Origin: Rhodosorus marinus CCMP1338
Taxonomy: Eukaryota > Plantae > Rhodophyta
Direction of reading: 5' to 3'
DNA: 64,000 nucleotides
Assembly (NCBI GenBank): GCA_029953675.1
Contig: JAMWBK010000001.1
Coordinates: 1,488,001-1,552,000, forward strand
Positions 59,986 through 64,000 of the stretch are shown one piece after another (positions within the stretch are counted from its first letter, which is position 1; each line of letters opens with the position of its first letter). Both the position numbers and the translations under genes were made by a program. The notes beneath the pieces are model-generated. The model saw only the letters and a list, made by a program, of their open reading frames with translations. It was not told the origin of the DNA and made no database searches.

Positions 59986-60239
59986 ACTGGTTTCTAACCA
60001 TAACCACCACTGTACTTACCTGGCCGGGCTCTTCGCTCCTCATGTATAGCGTCTGCTTGGAGGAGAGTGGACATGGCGCGTCTTTTTGTCTTCGGACAAT
60101 TGTGACGGTCTCGCTTGCCTCCTAGGAAGTGGCCTTTAGGTGACGGTCGACGACTTACTCTCTGACCATGCGGTGGTTTGGTTCGCACGACCTCCACCAA
60201 CTCCCCATCCTGTTAAAAATACTTGGAACTCCTCACCCC

Positions 60240-61215
60240 ATTTTAGTGTGAGACAGGACACGGAGGTTCCTCACGATCCTCCTCATGATGGACTAGCTCT
60301 GGGAGTCGCGTCACCGCACGCACCGATGCGTTACAAAACACCGTCTCTTGGGACTTGCACCGTGCTGCATATGGCCGACTTCTCGCGGGCAGATGGTCTC
60401 ATCTTCCAGAGATCGCGCCCGTCTACGTAGTCTTGGGGGGTGTATAAGCTCTCAGCGGCTCATGACGGTTCCAGCCTTCCCACCTCTCACTCTCACGGAT
60501 TTCGGAGTCCGTACTTTTCTGCGCTTATACCTCGGGTTACACCAACCCCCCTGGCCGTACGAGATGGATTCACCGTGCCCTCTATGCTCTCAGACTGAAG
60601 ACACCGCAGATTTTGACGCTCACCTTCTCGCCAGTTGCTCGGCAGTGAAAGCCGCAGTCATACGCGGATTTTTCTTAAGCTTCTATACCGGGAACTTTGG
60701 GCAATCGTTCGCCAAGCAGTGCTTGAAATCGAACGTGAGAAACCCTTGCCGGTTGCAGGCTCCCAAAACGCTAAGCGTCGAGTGGCCGACATCGTTGTAA
60801 GCTGTGATGATACCCTCCGTACGACCTATGTCGATCTTGCTGTGCCTAGTCCTCAGGCCAGCCGTTGTGTGCCGACAGATGGCGAGCGCCATGGATTTGC
60901 CGCTGCCAGTATGCGTCGCCACAAAGAATTGAAATACGCGAAGGCTTTGTCTACGCTTGGGGTTCGTGCTTCGGCTCTAGCTCACTGCCTGGTGCCTTTC
61001 GTCATCGAATCCTTTGGATTTATGGACTACATTGGGTCTCGTTGGCTTCGAGAGATATCCCGCGAGCGCCCGCACCGCCTTCAATCATTGGCTACCCGAT
61101 TGAGTTTCTTGTTGCGGCGTATAAACGCCGCATTGATCTTGGGAGGCGCGCGACCTTCGTGGCGCTTAGTCTGTTTTCCCCTCGGTTTTTTTTTCTTTCA
61201 GTCTCCGATTCCATT
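60240..61215 (+). mobile_element. Degenerate family B 3' portion, followed by an A 3'-end scrap (~61230-61320)
   Basis: TVPAFPPLTL..F.VRT.LRLYLG, CPLC, RRVADIV, YVDLAVP; B-type terminus. Confidence 0.85.
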
Positions 61216-62409
61216 TTAGCGTCGCTCTCGTGCGATATGCTAGCAGTATGCTTGCCCAGGCGTGCTATCGCCGCCTGGGTAGTTCTTAGCTGCCTTTCAC
61301 GCTTCAAGCGAGGCTAATTCCGAGGCTATGTTTGTTAACAGACAACAACATATCTGTACCTATCGAATACCTATCGAATACCCCGAGGTCTGGGTCCATG
61401 TAGATGGCTTCTACGTTTAGAAGGGTACCAACAGTAGACGGGTAATTTGTTAGATATCCGAAGCACTGGGATCAAGACTCGATAGGAATAGGGTTTTTGT
61501 AGCGCGCATCTGCATGACTTTTTCACAAATTCCAAGGATCTCAGAAGCTAGGAAGAGCATATATATGGCCACCCACTGAACATCTGACCATGGTGAGCAT
61601 TCCTATGGGTGATTAACATAGAGAAGAGGGAGATATACATACTGAGAAATACAAAAGGAAGATGAGAAATGATACATCCCTGGCTCCTTCTCCAGGTTAT
61701 GAACCGAGATCTAGTTTTGAGCTGTACAGAGTAAGAGTATGTTAAGGGTGTGGTTTGGTATAGAGCGCATGGACGAGGAGGCTAAAGATAGATTGATCTT
61801 GCAAGTACTTTTGAAATGCCTGCAGCTGGAGCCTCATGAAAGATATCGACGCTGGGCAACGCTAGTCCAGTCACGATTGGAGGCTTGCAGGCCGACAAAC
61901 CTTATCTTCGGTGACGACGAAGCGGAAGTCGATCAACAGCGGACGCGAAGGTCATGACGCACGGGACTGTAAGGCTTGTATCGCATTTCATAAATGCTTG
62001 CACGATCAATCTATCCCCGGCTTCCTCGACCATGCTTTTTTCACCAAACAGACCCTCGTCACGCCCTTGCTCTCAACAGTTCAAAACGTAAATCGGGCTC
62101 ATCACCTTTGACGAAGGAGCAAGGTGTGTGTCCTCTCTCTTCTTCCTTTTACGTCTCTCAGTATATCTATCTCCCTCTGCTCTATGTTAATCACCCCCAC
62201 CATGCCACCCTGGTCACAGCTTCCGTGGGTGGCGATATATATATACTCTTCCGATGCAATCCGGTGGTAATTGAAGAGAATGAGGTAGTACCGAGAGCGA
62301 TTGTCTATACTGGACTGGACTTACTTACAGTACCGTATGCTTACGATGGGTTAAAGAAAACGTTAAGTGCACACCAATCGTTCATATCGGTCTCCAATAT
62401 ACTCAGTGA

Positions 62410-64000
62410 AGTCCAGTAAAGAAAACAAAGTGGGCTGTGAGTTGTTGTCGAGGATTGGGGTTTTGTTTCTTTTTCGGTCGCGAGCGTGTTCGTTTACGGG
62501 AAGCGCTTCCTCTGGTACGCCTTCCCCTCGATTTTCCGCGGGGCGTCGTTTGCATTTGCAACTACTTCTGTCTTCCGGGTGGGTGTGTTGCGGGGCCTTT
62601 CCTATTTGGGTTGGGTTTGGTCGATTATTCTCTCGGTGCGGTTTCATATTGGTGGTGCAACGTTTCCTTTGCGGATTCCCTCAGGATGGTAGGGATATCT
62701 CCGCGCTCGACGGAGCCTCCTCCCAAGGAGGCACTGCCAGGTGGGGGACTCCGTGTTCGCCTCAGCTGCGGCACGTTTTCTTCCGAGGTTGACATGGAAG
62801 GCGCTTCTGGCACCCAGGCGCGTGCACTTATCTCCGCTGTCACCAGCCTGATCACGGCTGCGAGTGATCGTGGAGTGCTCCCTCAGCTCACCCAGAAGCT
62901 AGGTGGGCTGGAATCGGGATTGCTGGCCAGGTCAAATTCAAATTCGGACTAGAATTTGAATTGCCCCCAGAGTGGCAGCGTTGGCTGAAGGCAGTCAACA
63001 TCAGGTCAATCAACATGAACCTGTAACGGGACAAGCGAGGGCGGTTGCTTCTGTGCGGGACAGTATGACGTTGGGGAGCGGCAGGCCGGGCCAAAACGCG
63101 CCTCAGCGCTCGGGGACTCGAGGCAATGGTGGTGGTGACTGTGCGGCAACCGGTGTGGAGGAGGCTGCAGCTGTGGACTTCCCTCTCTTGGACCAGCTCT
63201 CAGGTGGTCACCAGCTCCCGTCTACTGCGGGGGCACGTGGTGGCCGCAAGGGGGGCGCTTCGTACGCCTCAGTCTTGCGGAAGGGCACCACTGCAACACG
63301 TACGGCGGCCATGCTCCGTTTCCTACCATCTCGCGAGCCTCAGGATGGGCCTGTGGAGACCACTCTCCAATTTCTGTGGGTGCGAAATGTCCGGCCCCGG
63401 ACTACACGAGGCCAGGTTCCGTCTATGCGAGACTTCCGGGACACTCTTGCGGAATCGTTAGGGTGCAGCCGGGGTGATTTCTTCTTCGCAAACTATGAGG
63501 GCCGCGATGTGCTGTTTTTGGTCTCCGCAACCGCCGCCACGTACCTGGAGGCCTTGCTGGCGAAGCCTACCGAGCAGTGGCCTGAGAGCGCCCGGTGGCT
63601 GCGCTGCAACCCGCAGGTGGTTTTGCACTTCGATTTTGACCGTTTCTCGGGCAATTTCCTGTCTCCGGGAGAAACGGCAGGGCTCTCTGAGCATGAGAGC
63701 AGCGTGAAGGCGGCAGCGATCCATTGGCTACGGATTCAGCGCCGTGAGAGGATCTTGTTGGAGCGGTTCCGGTCGGGCCCTCGTCACCTGCGCATGGCGG
63801 TGTCCAGCTTCTTCGATCTGGAGAGGCGACTTGTGCTGACTTCTCGCTACAAGACAGAGCTGCAGCGGTTGGGGATTTTGGAGGGCTCTGCTTCCAGCAC
63901 CACTTCCAGCGAGAGTGGTGAGGCAGGGGAGCAGACTGAGGGCATGGTGGTGGAGGACGCCCAGGTTACTTTGCTGAGGCCCGCGGGATCCGTTCCGCGA
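62410..64000 (+). mobile_element. Family A 5' end and N-terminal ORF, continuing beyond the window
   Basis: Homologous to 14200-15740 and 18890-20400; MVGISP start homologous to family B MVGVSP. Confidence 0.8.

Noticed and set aside
62140-62260. Ulp1-type cysteine protease
   Set aside because: The IYLPL...H resemblance is weak; the HW and catalytic D/Q/C motifs were not found.
1-64000. rRNA, tRNA, spliced-leader or canonical (T)TTAGGG telomere arrays as CRE targets
   Set aside because: None recognised by eye; a covariance-model search would be needed to exclude small RNA genes.

Overview
Eukaryotic, repeat-dense window with subtelomere-like character; the lineage cannot be determined from sequence alone. 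Evidence for a eukaryote is GT-AG introns of about 80-140 nt with CTAAC/CTCAC branch-like motifs, plus LTR and non-LTR retrotransposons. Most of the window is a nest of three related CRE-clade (restriction-like endonuclease) non-LTR retrotransposon families, called A, B and F here. Each family ends in its own short tandem tail, and several copies have readable target-site duplications, empty paralogous sites and unusual 5' junctions. Also present: a decayed Ty3/Gypsy element inserted in a ~180-bp satellite, Copia relics, a ~1.8-kb foldback palindrome and segmental duplications. Host genes all encode predicted secreted proteins. They are (1) a many-exon Cys-module protein whose introns are all phase 0 at the same module position, (2) two paralogues of a two-exon Cys-rich protein with near-identical exon 1 but a strongly diverged exon-2 domain, and (3) an intronless bacterial-type GSDH beta-propeller/Ig-like/NPCBM protein with two pseudogene fragments. 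No rRNA, tRNA or CRISPR array was recognised. All homology calls come from motif recognition and manual comparison within the window; no database search was run.
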